This document shows positions 35,353 through 44,637 of a DNA stretch of 44,637 bases, piece by piece. Location of the stretch: positions 1 through 44,637 of the forward strand of contig JBJKRA010000061.1 in NCBI GenBank assembly GCA_046704905.1, in the 5' to 3' direction. A model generated the notes under the pieces. The model did not search any database. It saw nothing but the letters and a program-made list of their open reading frames with translations, and was not told where the DNA came from. The translations under genes were made by a program, and so were the position numbers. The stretch comes from Candidatus Woesearchaeota archaeon. GTDB lineage: Archaea > Nanobdellota > Nanobdellia > Woesearchaeales > JAWAQC01. The stretch's first letter is position 1, and the number at the start of each line of letters is the position of its first letter.

Positions 35353-35375
35353 TACTTTGTGTTTTCTGTAGAGCC

Positions 35376-36923
35376 ATGGAGAAAGCGCCGCAGGAGGAGG
35401 CAGGACTGACCATAAACAAGATATATATATTCTATGCTCTGATGATTCTTACCCAGCCCTTAGGGTTCCTGATCAGGATACTTTATGCTCATAGTATCTC
35501 AGTCGAGGAGCTCGGCATGTTCTTTTCGGTCATCGGCTTCTACGGGTTCCTGCTTTTCTTCACGAATCTTGGCCTATCCAGCGCGCTTCGCTACTTCATC
35601 CCGAAATTTTCGGTGAGGGGCGAGTATGGCAAGATAAGGAACATCTTCTACTACACTTATGCCATACAACTTGTGATGACATTGATCATTGCTACAGGTG
35701 TCTTTCTATGGAGAGAACAAATTGCAGAAGGATACTTCCATAGCCAACAGGTCACCGGGCTGCTGGTAGTACTTCTCATATACTTCATTAGCCTGAATTT
35801 ACTGACAAGCTTAGGGGACGTTTTCGTCGCCTTCAAGCTGAATACGCATTATCAGACACTATTCATGCTCCAGATGATAGTCATTTTCGGGGCATCCGTT
35901 CTTATCTGGTGGGAGGGCGTCTCCCCTCTTTACATATACTATGGGTATGCGTGGGCAGCCGGCGCACTCATCTGCTTCATAGGGTACGCAAGTATGCTCT
36001 TCCGCAAATATCCGTTCCTGCGAAGCTTTCCCAAATTTGATAGACAGCTCTTCGTCGAGCATGCAAGCTACGCTTTCTATAACTTTTTCGGCGGCATAGG
36101 CAGTCTCATCCTGAGCAGGACAGACATCATAGTCATTACCTACTTTTTGAGTCTTAGCGACGTTGCCCTCTACAGCACATCATTTACCCTTATCAGCGCG
36201 GGAATCAGCATGTTTGGCGCCCTTGCTGTACTGTTCATGCCGATGGTAGCAGAGCTTGAGGAAAAGAAAGATTTCGAGAAGCTCAAGAGCATCTTCGGCA
36301 CCATTTACGGGATAGCGCTGTACCTTATCGTCCCGATCGTGCTCGTGCTATCACTATTTCCTGCGCAGATCCTTACTCTTCTCTACGGCAAAGAATACGC
36401 TGCCGGATATATCGTGCTTGCCCCATTCGCATTCTTTGTCATATTCCGCATATTCATGGACTACCAGGCGGCATTCCTCGGCGGTCTCGGTATGGTCAAG
36501 GAGATTATGAGGATGATGCTGCCTGCCGCCATTGCAAACCTGATTATGGACATTGTTCTCGCCAAACTCATCGGCCTCCCTGGCGTCGTGATGGCGACAA
36601 TTCTGGCCTGGCTCTACATTTTTACGCGAGGATTCTACCTGATCAAGAAAAAGATAGGATTCAGCGTCAAAGGCAGCAAGTTAGGGAAGATAGGCTTGGC
36701 AGCAATGGCTTATATCGCGACGATACTCCTGCTCAAGCTTTTCATGCCGCCCACAGACAGGCTGGTCGCTGCGGTCGTTATTACCCTCGCGGGGCTTGCC
36801 GTCTACGGGCTCCTCGGCTACCTGACCAGGATATACACGCCGCAGGAGATCTATCTTCTCCTGCCGAAAGGGTCAAGAGAGTTTGTAAAGAAGGGATATC
36901 AGACGCTATTCGGGAAAGGATAA
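35376..36923 (+). CDS. Wzx-like oligosaccharide/polysaccharide flippase (MOP superfamily)
   Basis: 515 aa. It is hydrophobic throughout, with about 14 helices, and has the typical polysaccharide-biosynthesis-protein layout. Confidence 0.85.
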   Translation: MEKAPQEEAGLTINKIYIFYALMILTQPLGFLIRILYAHSISVEELGMFFSVIGFYGFLLFFTNLGLSSALRYFIPKFSVRGEYGKIRNIFYYTYAIQLVMTLIIATGVFLWREQIAEGYFHSQQVTGLLVVLLIYFISLNLLTSLGDVFVAFKLNTHYQTLFMLQMIVIFGASVLIWWEGVSPLYIYYGYAWAAGALICFIGYASMLFRKYPFLRSFPKFDRQLFVEHASYAFYNFFGGIGSLILSRTDIIVITYFLSLSDVALYSTSFTLISAGISMFGALAVLFMPMVAELEEKKDFEKLKSIFGTIYGIALYLIVPIVLVLSLFPAQILTLLYGKEYAAGYIVLAPFAFFVIFRIFMDYQAAFLGGLGMVKEIMRMMLPAAIANLIMDIVLAKLIGLPGVVMATILAWLYIFTRGFYLIKKKIGFSVKGSKLGKIGLAAMAYIATILLLKLFMPPTDRLVAAVVITLAGLAVYGLLGYLTRIYTPQEIYLLLPKGSREFVKKGYQTLFGKG

Positions 36924-36924
36924 G

Positions 36925-38067
36925 ATGAGAATCTACTATTACAGCGGATCGAGCGAACATCCGTATTTTCGGGAAGAGTACGGGCAGCTCAAGCAAATCG
37001 CCGACTGCATCCCAAGCAATCCTTCCTACGAGAAGAAGAGGGAGGGTTCAACGCGGTTCAGGGAGGCGAAGCAGTATGGAAAGATTGTCTCATGGTTGAG
37101 GCAGAAGGCCCTGAAGGTGCTCCTATGGCTGGGTATTCCTAAGGTGAGATCGGTCAAGACAGATGCCGACCTTGTCTACAGCTGCGGCTATCTTATAGCC
37201 AACAAGCCTTACGTCGTGACTTTCGAGGACAGCAGCGTCTTCTTCTATCACAGGTTCCTACGCTGGAACAGGAAGCTTACCCAATGGTTGATAGGAAGGC
37301 AACTGGCGTCGGATAAGTGCAAGAGAATCATACCGTGGACACAGGCCGCAAAGAAAAGTCTCGCATCGCTATACGGAGAGGACAGGAGGATCATGGACAA
37401 GGTAGAGGTGGTCTACCCCGCAATCGGTCCTGGGAAGAGGAAGGTGCATGAGGGAAAAGGTAAGCATATCCTTTTCATCGGCCAGTCGTTCATGCTCAAG
37501 GGCGGCTGGGAGACCGTCAAGGCCTGCAGGCAGCTTACCTGCGATTACCATCTTCATATTGTCTCCAAGCAGATTCCGGTAGAATTCGGGGAAGATATCG
37601 AGAAGGACAGGAATATAACCGTATACGAGAACATAACCGAAGAGGAGAAAGAGCGACTCTTCTCCATGGCCGACATCTATGTCATGCCTACCCATTACGA
37701 TACCTTGGGCTTCACTTTTATGGAAGCCATGGCAAGAGGTATACCATGCATCGTTGCCGAGCACTTCGCCTCAGGAGAACTTGTGGAACACGGCAAGGAC
37801 GGTTTCGTCGTAGACAACACCGTATCCATCTTCGACAAGAATAACCTCCACTACGACGAGACCTACCAGAGCGTTATGGAGAGGCTGCACAATCCGGATA
37901 AGAAGTATATAAAGGATCTTAGCTCGGCGATAGAGAAGCTCTTGACGGACGGCGCCCTTAGGGAAGCCTTCTCGAAAGCGGCGTACGAGAAGGTGAGAAA
38001 CGGAAGATTCAGCGTGGAAGAAAAACAAAAACATTTAAAAAGGATTCTGGAAACACTCAAGGTATGA
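36925..38067 (+). CDS. glycosyltransferase family 4
   Basis: 380 aa. The motif is [43 protein letters not shown]. Confidence 0.85.
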   Translation: MRIYYYSGSSEHPYFREEYGQLKQIADCIPSNPSYEKKREGSTRFREAKQYGKIVSWLRQKALKVLLWLGIPKVRSVKTDADLVYSCGYLIANKPYVVTFEDSSVFFYHRFLRWNRKLTQWLIGRQLASDKCKRIIPWTQAAKKSLASLYGEDRRIMDKVEVVYPAIGPGKRKVHEGKGKHILFIGQSFMLKGGWETVKACRQLTCDYHLHIVSKQIPVEFGEDIEKDRNITVYENITEEEKERLFSMADIYVMPTHYDTLGFTFMEAMARGIPCIVAEHFASGELVEHGKDGFVVDNTVSIFDKNNLHYDETYQSVMERLHNPDKKYIKDLSSAIEKLLTDGALREAFSKAAYEKVRNGRFSVEEKQKHLKRILETLKV

Positions 38068-39113
38068 AAACTGCCTTGATTACCGGCATTACGGGCCAGG
38101 ATGGCTCTTACCTTGCTGAGTTCCTCCTGAAAAAAGGATATACCGTACATGGTATTATCAGGAGAAGCTCGAGCTTCAACACCTGGCGCATCAATGACCT
38201 CTACAAGGATCCTCATGAGGCGAAACGTTTCTTTCTCCATTACGGCGATCTCACAGACAGCACAAACATCCTCCATCTGATCAAGGAAACAGCGCCGGAC
38301 GAGATATACAACCTGGGTGCGCAAAGCCATGTCAAGGTCAGCTTCGAGACCCCAGAGTACACGGCGAACGCCGATGGGATAGGCATATTGCGCGTACTCG
38401 AGGCGGTCAGGATGCTTGGCATAGAAAAGAAGGTCAAGGTCTATCAGGCCTCTACCTCTGAGCTCTACGGGAACGCAGATGAGGTGCCGCAGAGCGAAAG
38501 GACACCGTTCGCCCCTGTCAGCCCCTACGCCGCAGCCAAGCTCTATGCCTTCTATATCATCAGGGCGTATCGTGACGCCTATGGAATGTACGCATGCAAC
38601 GGGATCCTCTTCAATCACGAGAGCCCGAGAAGGGGCCAGACATTCGTCACGCGCAAGATTACCATGGGTCTGGCGAGGATTAGCCTAGGTAAACAGGAGC
38701 GACTTTATCTGGGTAATCTCGACGCAAAAAGGGATTGGGGATACGCGAAGGAATACGTCGAAGCCATGTGGCTCATGCTGCAGCAGGAGAAGCCTGAGGA
38801 CTTCGTCATCGCTACAGGAGAGACGCACAGCGTGCGCGAGTTCGTAGAAGAGGTCTGCCGGCACCTGAAGATACAGCTTGCATGGGAAGGCAATGGGACA
38901 CATGAGAAAGGCATCGACAAGAAGACGGGCGAGGCTATTATCGAGATAGATCAAAAGTATTTCAGGCCAAACGAGGTCAATGTGCTCTGCGGAGACGCGA
39001 GAAAGGCAAGAAAGAAGCTGGGCTGGCATCCGAAGACGACGTTCGCAAAGCTCGTTGAACTCATGACGAAAGAGGACCTCAAGCTGATCAAAGAGGGCAA
39101 TATCGTCTACTGA
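38064..39113 (+). CDS. gmd: GDP-mannose 4,6-dehydratase
   Basis: 349 aa. Motifs are [40 protein letters not shown] and [37 protein letters not shown]. Confidence 0.95.
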   Translation: MKTALITGITGQDGSYLAEFLLKKGYTVHGIIRRSSSFNTWRINDLYKDPHEAKRFFLHYGDLTDSTNILHLIKETAPDEIYNLGAQSHVKVSFETPEYTANADGIGILRVLEAVRMLGIEKKVKVYQASTSELYGNADEVPQSERTPFAPVSPYAAAKLYAFYIIRAYRDAYGMYACNGILFNHESPRRGQTFVTRKITMGLARISLGKQERLYLGNLDAKRDWGYAKEYVEAMWLMLQQEKPEDFVIATGETHSVREFVEEVCRHLKIQLAWEGNGTHEKGIDKKTGEAIIEIDQKYFRPNEVNVLCGDARKARKKLGWHPKTTFAKLVELMTKEDLKLIKEGNIVY

Positions 39114-39116
39114 ACG

Positions 39117-40049
39117 ATGGAAAAGGATGCAAAGATCTATGTCGCAGGCCATAAGGGCCTCGTCGGGAGCGCGATCTGCAGGAGACTTAAGGAGAAGGGC
39201 TACGCCAATATCATTGTCCGTTCCCACGCCGAGCTCGATCTCACCGATCAGAAGGCTGTCGAAGGGTTTTTCGACGAAGAAAAGCCGGAATACGTCTTCG
39301 TGGCTGCAGCGAAAGTAGGGGGTATACTGGCCAACAGCACATACCCTGCCGATTTCATCTACAATAACCTTGTCATCGCTACGAACATCATACACGCCTC
39401 CTACAAGGGAAAGGTCAAACGCCTGCTCAATCTTGGCTCGTCCTGTATCTACCCTAAATTAGCGCCTCAACCCATAAAGGAAGAGCACCTCCTGACTGGA
39501 TCCTTGGAGCCGACGAACGAGGCGTATGCTATCGCAAAGATCGCCGCTCTCAAGCTCTGCGAATTCTACAATAGGCAGTATGGGACGGATTTCGTCTCGC
39601 TCATGCCGAGCAACCTCTACGGGCCGGGGGACAACTTCGACCTAAGGACAAGCCACGTGCTTCCTGCGCTCCTGCGCAAGTTCCATGAAGGAAAAGCAGA
39701 AGGCAAGGATGAGGTCGTGGTCTGGGGCGACGGCACGCCGTTGCGCGAGTTCCTCTATGTCGATGATCTCGCTGACGCTTGCGTCTTCATCGTGGAAAAA
39801 AATGGGCGGCTGCCTGATCTTATCAACGTAGGTACAGGGGAAGAGATCTCCATAAAGGAGCTGGCCGAGGAGATAAAGAACGCAGCAGGCTATGACGGAA
39901 GGATAGTGTGGGACAGCACGAAGCCGAATGGCACACCGCGCAAAGTCGTCGACGTCTCAAGAATCCACGCCTTAGGCTGGCGCCATAAGACGGCGCTCAA
40001 GGACGGGATAAGGAAGACATATGAATGGTACATGAGCGAGAGGACGTAA
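39117..40049 (+). CDS. fcl: GDP-L-fucose synthase (GDP-4-keto-6-deoxymannose 3,5-epimerase/4-reductase)
   Basis: 310 aa. Motifs are [38 protein letters not shown] and [20 protein letters not shown]. Confidence 0.93.
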   Translation: MEKDAKIYVAGHKGLVGSAICRRLKEKGYANIIVRSHAELDLTDQKAVEGFFDEEKPEYVFVAAAKVGGILANSTYPADFIYNNLVIATNIIHASYKGKVKRLLNLGSSCIYPKLAPQPIKEEHLLTGSLEPTNEAYAIAKIAALKLCEFYNRQYGTDFVSLMPSNLYGPGDNFDLRTSHVLPALLRKFHEGKAEGKDEVVVWGDGTPLREFLYVDDLADACVFIVEKNGRLPDLINVGTGEEISIKELAEEIKNAAGYDGRIVWDSTKPNGTPRKVVDVSRIHALGWRHKTALKDGIRKTYEWYMSERT

Positions 40050-40098
40050 ACGTAAGGATTTCTCGTAGCGAGAGGAAAAGAACAGCATCCAAAAGAAA

Positions 40099-41067
40099 AT
40101 GAGACCTATCAAAGAAATAGTCTATGAGAGGATAGCCCTCGGGCTCCCCGAAAAAAATCTTTTCCGTAGAGTCCTGAAACGTGCCTACATCACCCTCTAC
40201 AGGGATACTCCTTTCAACAAAAGGTTTCGGATAAGGCGATGGGTCGAGAAGAACAAGGCATACATGAAGCGAAACGGCATAGGCGAAGTGACCTTCGCAA
40301 AAGAGGGTGTCGTTTTCAGGTCGGATGGAATCCGCTGGGCGTACAACCCAACCCTCGCGGGTGGCGGTGGGGCCTTATGGGAAAAGCAGGAGTTCGACAA
40401 GGAGATCTTCGATTTTCTCACTGGGACAGTCAAGAGGGGAAAAAGACAGGTATTCCTGGACATAGGCGCCAACATTGGGAGCTATACCCTCAAGCTCAAG
40501 CAGATATTTCCGAAAAGTGAAATACATGCTTTCGAGCCGATACCGAGCACCTACAGGCAGCTGGAGAGGAACATCGCGGTAAACAACCCTGAGCACGTCT
40601 TCACGTATAACCTTGCCCTATCTGACCACAACGGGAAACTGATCATGCGCAACGACCTCGACACGGGAAACTACATCGAGAAGACAAAGAAAAAGAATAC
40701 CTCAGAAGTAAGGACCATGAAGCTGGACGATTTCATCAAGAAAGAGGGCATCAAGAGGATCGACGTAATGAAGTGCGACGTGGAAGGGGCGGAACTGCTG
40801 GTACTCAATGGCGCGAAAAAATCACTCCAGAAATGGATGCCAATACTCGTCCTTGAAGTGTGTGATCACCACACGCGACGCTTCGGGTACAGTCCCGAAA
40901 TACTGATCGCTGAACTGGAGAAAAGAGGTTATCAAGGTTACTATTTCAGGGGTGGAAAGGGTGTCAAGCTCGGGCCAAGAAAGGGACCTCTGACGAAGGT
41001 TCTCGAAGAAAGCCCGAATATGATATTCATGCCAAAACAAGGAAGAGGTCATCATGCCAAAAAATAA
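40099..41067 (+). CDS. FkbM-family methyltransferase
   Basis: 322 aa. Motifs are VFLDIGANIGSYTLKL, IHAFEPIPSTYRQLERNI, LALSDHNGKL and MKCDVEGAELLVLNGA. Confidence 0.85.
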   Translation: MRPIKEIVYERIALGLPEKNLFRRVLKRAYITLYRDTPFNKRFRIRRWVEKNKAYMKRNGIGEVTFAKEGVVFRSDGIRWAYNPTLAGGGGALWEKQEFDKEIFDFLTGTVKRGKRQVFLDIGANIGSYTLKLKQIFPKSEIHAFEPIPSTYRQLERNIAVNNPEHVFTYNLALSDHNGKLIMRNDLDTGNYIEKTKKKNTSEVRTMKLDDFIKKEGIKRIDVMKCDVEGAELLVLNGAKKSLQKWMPILVLEVCDHHTRRFGYSPEILIAELEKRGYQGYYFRGGKGVKLGPRKGPLTKVLEESPNMIFMPKQGRGHHAKK

Positions 41068-42106
41068 GCCCCTCGTCCTCATCACCGGCGGTGCCGGCTT
41101 CCTCGGCATCAACCTCGCGCGCCACCTAGACAAGCACGGCTACAGGATACGGGTAATTGACATAGCGAAGTTCGACTATCCCGACATGAACCGGAAGGTC
41201 GACGCTATCAGGGGCGATATCAGGAGCGCAGATGCGGTGGCCAAAGCCATGGAAGGCGTCGATTTCGTCGTGCATACGGCGGCAGCCCTCCCCCTCTACA
41301 AGAGAGAAGAGATATTCTCGACTGACATAGGAGGCACCAAGAACCTCCTTGAGCATGCCCAGAAAGCCGGCGTCCGGCGTTTCGTCCATATCTCCTCCAC
41401 CGCCGTCTACGGCATCCCGGACCACCACCCGCTCTACGAGACCGACCGGCTCTCCGGCGTCGGACCCTACGGCATCTCAAAGATCAGGGCAGAGAAGATG
41501 TGCGCGTCCTACAGGAAGAAAGGCATGACGGTCACCATCTTAAGGCCGAAATCCTTCGTCGGCCCGGAGCGCCTCGGCGTCATGGCCATCTACTACGACT
41601 GGATCAAGCGCGGCAAGAGCGTCCCGATCATAGGCAACGGCAGGAACCGCTATCAGCTCATGGACGTCGAGGACATGTGCGAAGCGATACGGCTCTCGCT
41701 CGCAAAGCCCAAGAAGAACGTCGACGACGTCTTCAACGTGGGCGCGAAGGAGTACACCACCATGAAGGAGGACTTCGGCGCGGTCATCAAGTATGCGAAG
41801 ACAGGGAAACGTATCGTCACCTTCCTGGCCTGGCCGGCGATCACGGCGCTCCGAATCCTCGAGTTCCTCCATCTCTCCCCGCTCTACAAGTGGGTCTACG
41901 AGACCGCCCCCCACGACTCCTTCGTCTCGATCGAGAAGGCCGAGAAGCAGCTCGGCTTCCGGCCGAAATACTCGAACAAGGAGGCCCTGATAAGGAACTA
42001 CAGGTGGTACCTCGACCACTACGACGAGTTCAAGGACGCTTCCGGAGTCTCGCATAGGGTCCCCTGGAAGCAGGGCATACTCAAACTGATAAGCTGGTTC
42101 TTCTGA
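41054..42106 (+). CDS. NAD-dependent epimerase/dehydratase (extended SDR) with an amphipathic C-terminal tail
   Basis: 350 aa. Motifs are LITGGAGFLGINLARHL and YGISKIRAEK (YxxxK). G+C rises again from this gene onward. Confidence 0.88.
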   Translation: MPKNKPLVLITGGAGFLGINLARHLDKHGYRIRVIDIAKFDYPDMNRKVDAIRGDIRSADAVAKAMEGVDFVVHTAAALPLYKREEIFSTDIGGTKNLLEHAQKAGVRRFVHISSTAVYGIPDHHPLYETDRLSGVGPYGISKIRAEKMCASYRKKGMTVTILRPKSFVGPERLGVMAIYYDWIKRGKSVPIIGNGRNRYQLMDVEDMCEAIRLSLAKPKKNVDDVFNVGAKEYTTMKEDFGAVIKYAKTGKRIVTFLAWPAITALRILEFLHLSPLYKWVYETAPHDSFVSIEKAEKQLGFRPKYSNKEALIRNYRWYLDHYDEFKDASGVSHRVPWKQGILKLISWFF

Positions 42107-42108
42107 AG

Positions 42109-42570
42109 ATGGACAGATACATAAGACTCGGGCTCGACACGTTCTTCGCGCAGGTCACGCACCTCGGCGACCTCATCTACTACGGCATCATATGCCTCCT
42201 CGCGCTCGCCCTCGGCGCCTACACACTCTTCCTGCAGCTGGCGGCCAGCGTCATCCTGATGATGGGTATAGCGATCGTCATCAAGGCGCTCTACAGTAAG
42301 GACCGCCCCATCCCCCAGAAGAAGGGCAACCTTATCGAGCTCCTCGACTCGAGGAGCTTCCCCTCGGTGCATGCCATGCGGATGACGGCGCTCGCCTTCT
42401 GGCTCGCCCTCTATTTCGCGCAGGCCCTTATCACGCTCTATCTCGTCCTGGTGGCGGCCATCGTCATCTACTCGCGCGTCTACCTCAAGAAGCACTACTG
42501 GACCGACGTCCTCGGCGGGATACTGCTCGCCCTCATCATCGACCTGGCCGTCTGGCTGGTGATCCCATGA
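42109..42570 (+). CDS. PAP2-family lipid phosphatase
   Basis: 153 aa and membrane-embedded. The three PAP2 motifs are KALYSKDRP, SFPSVHA and SRVYLKKHYWTDV. Confidence 0.85.
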   Translation: MDRYIRLGLDTFFAQVTHLGDLIYYGIICLLALALGAYTLFLQLAASVILMMGIAIVIKALYSKDRPIPQKKGNLIELLDSRSFPSVHAMRMTALAFWLALYFAQALITLYLVLVAAIVIYSRVYLKKHYWTDVLGGILLALIIDLAVWLVIP

Positions 42571-43445
42571 TCAGGGACTGGATGCGCCTCCTGCGCATCC
42601 GCCAGTGGTACAAGAACCTCATCATCTTCCTGCCCCTGGTCTTCGGCGAGACCCTCTTCCAGGCGGCGGCTGTCGAGAGGACGGTCCTCGGTTTCCTGGC
42701 GCTCTGCCTGGTCTCCTCCGCCAACTACGTCATCAACGACATCGCGGACAGGGAGAAGGACAGGAGGAACCCTGAGAAGGCGGGAAGACCGCTCGCCTCA
42801 GGCGCCATACGCCCCGGCGCTGCAGGCGTCATGGCGACGGTCCTTGTCATATGCTCCGTCCTCCTTGCCCTCTCCCTCTCCGGCGCGTTCCTCGCCTTCG
42901 TGCTCGGGCTCTTCCTCCTGACGCAGCTCTACACCTTCTGGCTCAAGGACGAGCCTTTCGCCGACATCCTCGCCATAGCGACCAATTTCGTCCTCAGGAC
43001 GGTCAGCGGCGCCTTCGTAATAGCCATCGGCTTTGATCCATATGTCCATATCTCCGCGTGGCTTCTCCTCTGTCCGTTCTTCCTCGCCCTGTTCCTGGCG
43101 TCGGCCAAACGTGAGGCCGAGTATGCTCTGTTAAAAGAGAAGGCTAAGGACCACAGAGCAACGCTCGGGAAGTACGCTAAGGAGACGACCAGATCCCTGC
43201 TGCTCGTCTCGACGACCCTCCTCATAGCCTCCTACGCTCTCTACACGTTCTACAGTCCCTACCCGGGACTCTGGCTAACGCTGCCCTTCGTGCTGTACGC
43301 GGTCTTCCGCTTCGCTGCCGCGGCAGAGGAGGGATCCTCCCTGGCGAGGCATCCGGAAGAGGCGATGCTCGACGCGAGATTCCTCGCTGCAGGCGCGATT
43401 ACAGGGTTGATTGTGCTGCTCGCGATCTACACGCCGGCGCTCTAG
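42567..43445 (+). CDS. UbiA-family prenyl-phosphate transferase, decaprenyl-phosphate phosphoribosyltransferase-like
   Basis: 292 aa and polytopic. An ATGA overlap joins it to the PAP2 gene. The motif NYVINDIADREKDRRNPEKAGRPLASG matches the ND-x2-D-x3-DR-x-(H/N)P-x-K-x2-RP-x-A-x-G pattern of the DPPR-synthase branch. Confidence 0.8.
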   Translation: MIRDWMRLLRIRQWYKNLIIFLPLVFGETLFQAAAVERTVLGFLALCLVSSANYVINDIADREKDRRNPEKAGRPLASGAIRPGAAGVMATVLVICSVLLALSLSGAFLAFVLGLFLLTQLYTFWLKDEPFADILAIATNFVLRTVSGAFVIAIGFDPYVHISAWLLLCPFFLALFLASAKREAEYALLKEKAKDHRATLGKYAKETTRSLLLVSTTLLIASYALYTFYSPYPGLWLTLPFVLYAVFRFAAAAEEGSSLARHPEEAMLDARFLAAGAITGLIVLLAIYTPAL

Positions 43446-44392
43446 GCCCTCGCTTTATACCAGGCGGCGAACCGGGCAAGGCCCTGCTCAAGAGAAGTCG
43501 ACGGCCTGTAGCCGAGAAGGCGCGAAGCCTTGCTGATGTCCGCGAAGGTCAGCTCGACGTCGCCAGGCTGCTTGGGGAGGTGCCTGATCTGCGCCTTTTT
43601 CCCGAGGACCTTCTCGAGGGCCGTGATGAGATCGCTCACCTTGACCGGCGTGCTGTTCCCGAGGTTGATGATCTCGTACCCTAAAGGCCTGTCCAGCGCA
43701 GAGACCACCCCTGAGACGATGTCGTCGACGAAGGTGAAATCCCGCTGTGCGGACCCGTCGCCGAACAGGGGCAACGGAGTCCCGTCGAGGATTGCCCTGG
43801 TGAAGATGAACGGTGCCATGTCGGGCCTGCCTCTCGGTCCGTACACGGTGAAGAAGCGAAGGCAGGTCACAGGAAGCCCGTGAAGGTGGTGATAGGCATA
43901 GCAGAGCTCCTCGCCTGCCTTCTTCGTCGCGGCATACGGCGAGACCGGCCTGTCGACGCGCTGCTCTTCGGAGAAGGGCCCCTTGTTCAGGTTCCCATAG
44001 ACCGAGCTCGAGGAAGCGGAGACGAACTGCTTGACCTTGTGCTTCCTGGCCTCCTCGAGGAGCGCGAGAGTGCCAATCACGTTCGTCCGGTAGTAGAGCC
44101 CAGGATCGCTGATGCTCGCCCGCACTCCTGCCCTCGCGGCAAGGTGGCAGACGGCATCGAAGCGATGGGCCGAGAAGATCTTCGCGACGAAAGCAATATC
44201 GGCGATGTCGCCGCGATAGAGATGGAAGTTCCCGTTCTCCTTCGCGGAAGTGAGATTCTGCTCCTTTTGTTCGGGCGAGTAGTAGTCGTTGAAATCGTCG
44301 ATCACGGCGACGGTGTCGCCTCGGGCGAGCAGCCTGTCGACCACATGGCTGCCGATAAAGCCGGCACCGCCGGTCACGAGGATCGTCGCCAT
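43442..44392 (-). CDS. UDP-glucuronate 4-epimerase
   Basis: 316 aa from ATG 44392 (MATILVTGGAGFIGSHV). Motifs are YAATKKAGEEL and the family hallmark LRFFTVYGPRGRPDMA. Confidence 0.85.
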   Translation of the reverse strand: MATILVTGGAGFIGSHVVDRLLARGDTVAVIDDFNDYYSPEQKEQNLTSAKENGNFHLYRGDIADIAFVAKIFSAHRFDAVCHLAARAGVRASISDPGLYYRTNVIGTLALLEEARKHKVKQFVSASSSSVYGNLNKGPFSEEQRVDRPVSPYAATKKAGEELCYAYHHLHGLPVTCLRFFTVYGPRGRPDMAPFIFTRAILDGTPLPLFGDGSAQRDFTFVDDIVSGVVSALDRPLGYEIINLGNSTPVKVSDLITALEKVLGKKAQIRHLPKQPGDVELTFADISKASRLLGYRPSTSLEQGLARFAAWYKARA

Positions 44393-44394
44393 CG

Positions 44395-44637
44395 TCACGG
44401 GCGCCCTACGGAGGCGTAGGAGAAGCCGAGCTTTCGCATCTGCGTCGGTGAGAAGACGTTGCGCCCGTCGATGACATGGAGGTTTTTCATGCGCCTCTTC
44501 ATCTGGTCGAAATCGGGCGTCCGGAAGTCGTCCCATTCCGTGACCACGATGAGCGCATCGGCGCCGTCGAGCGCATCGTACATGTCCTCGGCATAGGACA
44601 CTTTCCCCTTGAGGACCTTCCTCGCGTTCGCCATGGC
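44395..44637 (-). CDS. ugd: UDP-glucose 6-dehydrogenase, C-terminal fragment (5' end lies beyond the window)
   Basis: The sequence is the C-terminal domain of a UDP-glucose/GDP-mannose dehydrogenase (ADALIVVTEWDDFR...VIDGRNV). The stop lies 2 nt upstream of the epimerase start. Confidence 0.85.
   Translation of the reverse strand, partial: AMANARKVLKGKVSYAEDMYDALDGADALIVVTEWDDFRTPDFDQMKRRMKNLHVIDGRNVFSPTQMRKLGFSYASVGRP

Noticed and set aside
35374-35379. The CCATGG palindrome gives an ATG on both strands, so the GT4 and flippase genes would overlap head to head at their start codons.
   Set aside because: The minus-strand gene more plausibly starts at ATG 35323 (MPKGRKKLVWI, a typical GT4 N-terminus), which leaves room for the shared TATA box. 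The upstream 32 codons look non-conserved.
1-44637. A search for tRNA, rRNA, CRISPR arrays, IS elements, transposases, integrases or inteins.
   Set aside because: I saw no T-loop-like GTTCRAATC in non-coding DNA, no regularly spaced direct repeats, no DDE or tyrosine-recombinase-like ORFs, and no terminal inverted repeats flanking the low-G+C blocks.

Overview
The window is an archaeal chromosomal segment with about 45 protein genes. I found no rRNA, tRNA, CRISPR array, transposase or integrase. Archaeal hallmarks are MBF1, an archaellin with a class III signal peptide, RIO1 kinase, Trm5, Sua5, an Lrp regulator, and TATA boxes about 25 nt upstream of many ATGs, which suggests leaderless or short-leader mRNAs. 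Most of the window is G+C-rich. Two stretches are visibly A+T-richer: a toxin-antitoxin cassette (about 6.1-6.9 kb) and a 13-kb glycan-biosynthesis island (about 27.9-41.1 kb).

Gene content from left to right:
- A small FtsK/HerA- or Zot-like ATPase plus a wHTH gene at the left edge.
- Bacterial-type aspS and gpmI flanking an orphan membrane ORF.
- A disrupted SDR gene.
- A wHTH/RelE-like pair whose toxin is cut by an in-frame TAG.
- parA, a PRC-barrel gene, rio1 and lrp.
- A membrane DsbA-like protein, a cysteine desulfurase and a ROK kinase.
- A GT4 glycosyltransferase plus two tandem short STT3/AglB-like GT-C membrane proteins.
- MBF1 and a lone archaellin.
- A three-gene operon encoding about 1840 aa of almost pure coiled coil.
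- sua5 and a further coiled-coil protein with a FlaC-like NPF motif.
- trm5 and nth.
- The glycan island: 4 methyltransferases, one GT2, three GT4, a Wzx-like flippase, a frameshifted AsnB-like amidotransferase, gmd and fcl.
- An SDR / PAP2 / UbiA trio resembling the polyprenyl-phosphate-pentose donor pathway.
- A UDP-GlcA 4-epimerase and a partial ugd.

The best candidates for something undescribed are the coiled-coil operon next to the archaellin, the paired minimal STT3-like proteins, and the SDR / PAP2 / UbiA lipid-pentose module. All functional calls rest on motifs I recognised by eye. No database search was run.
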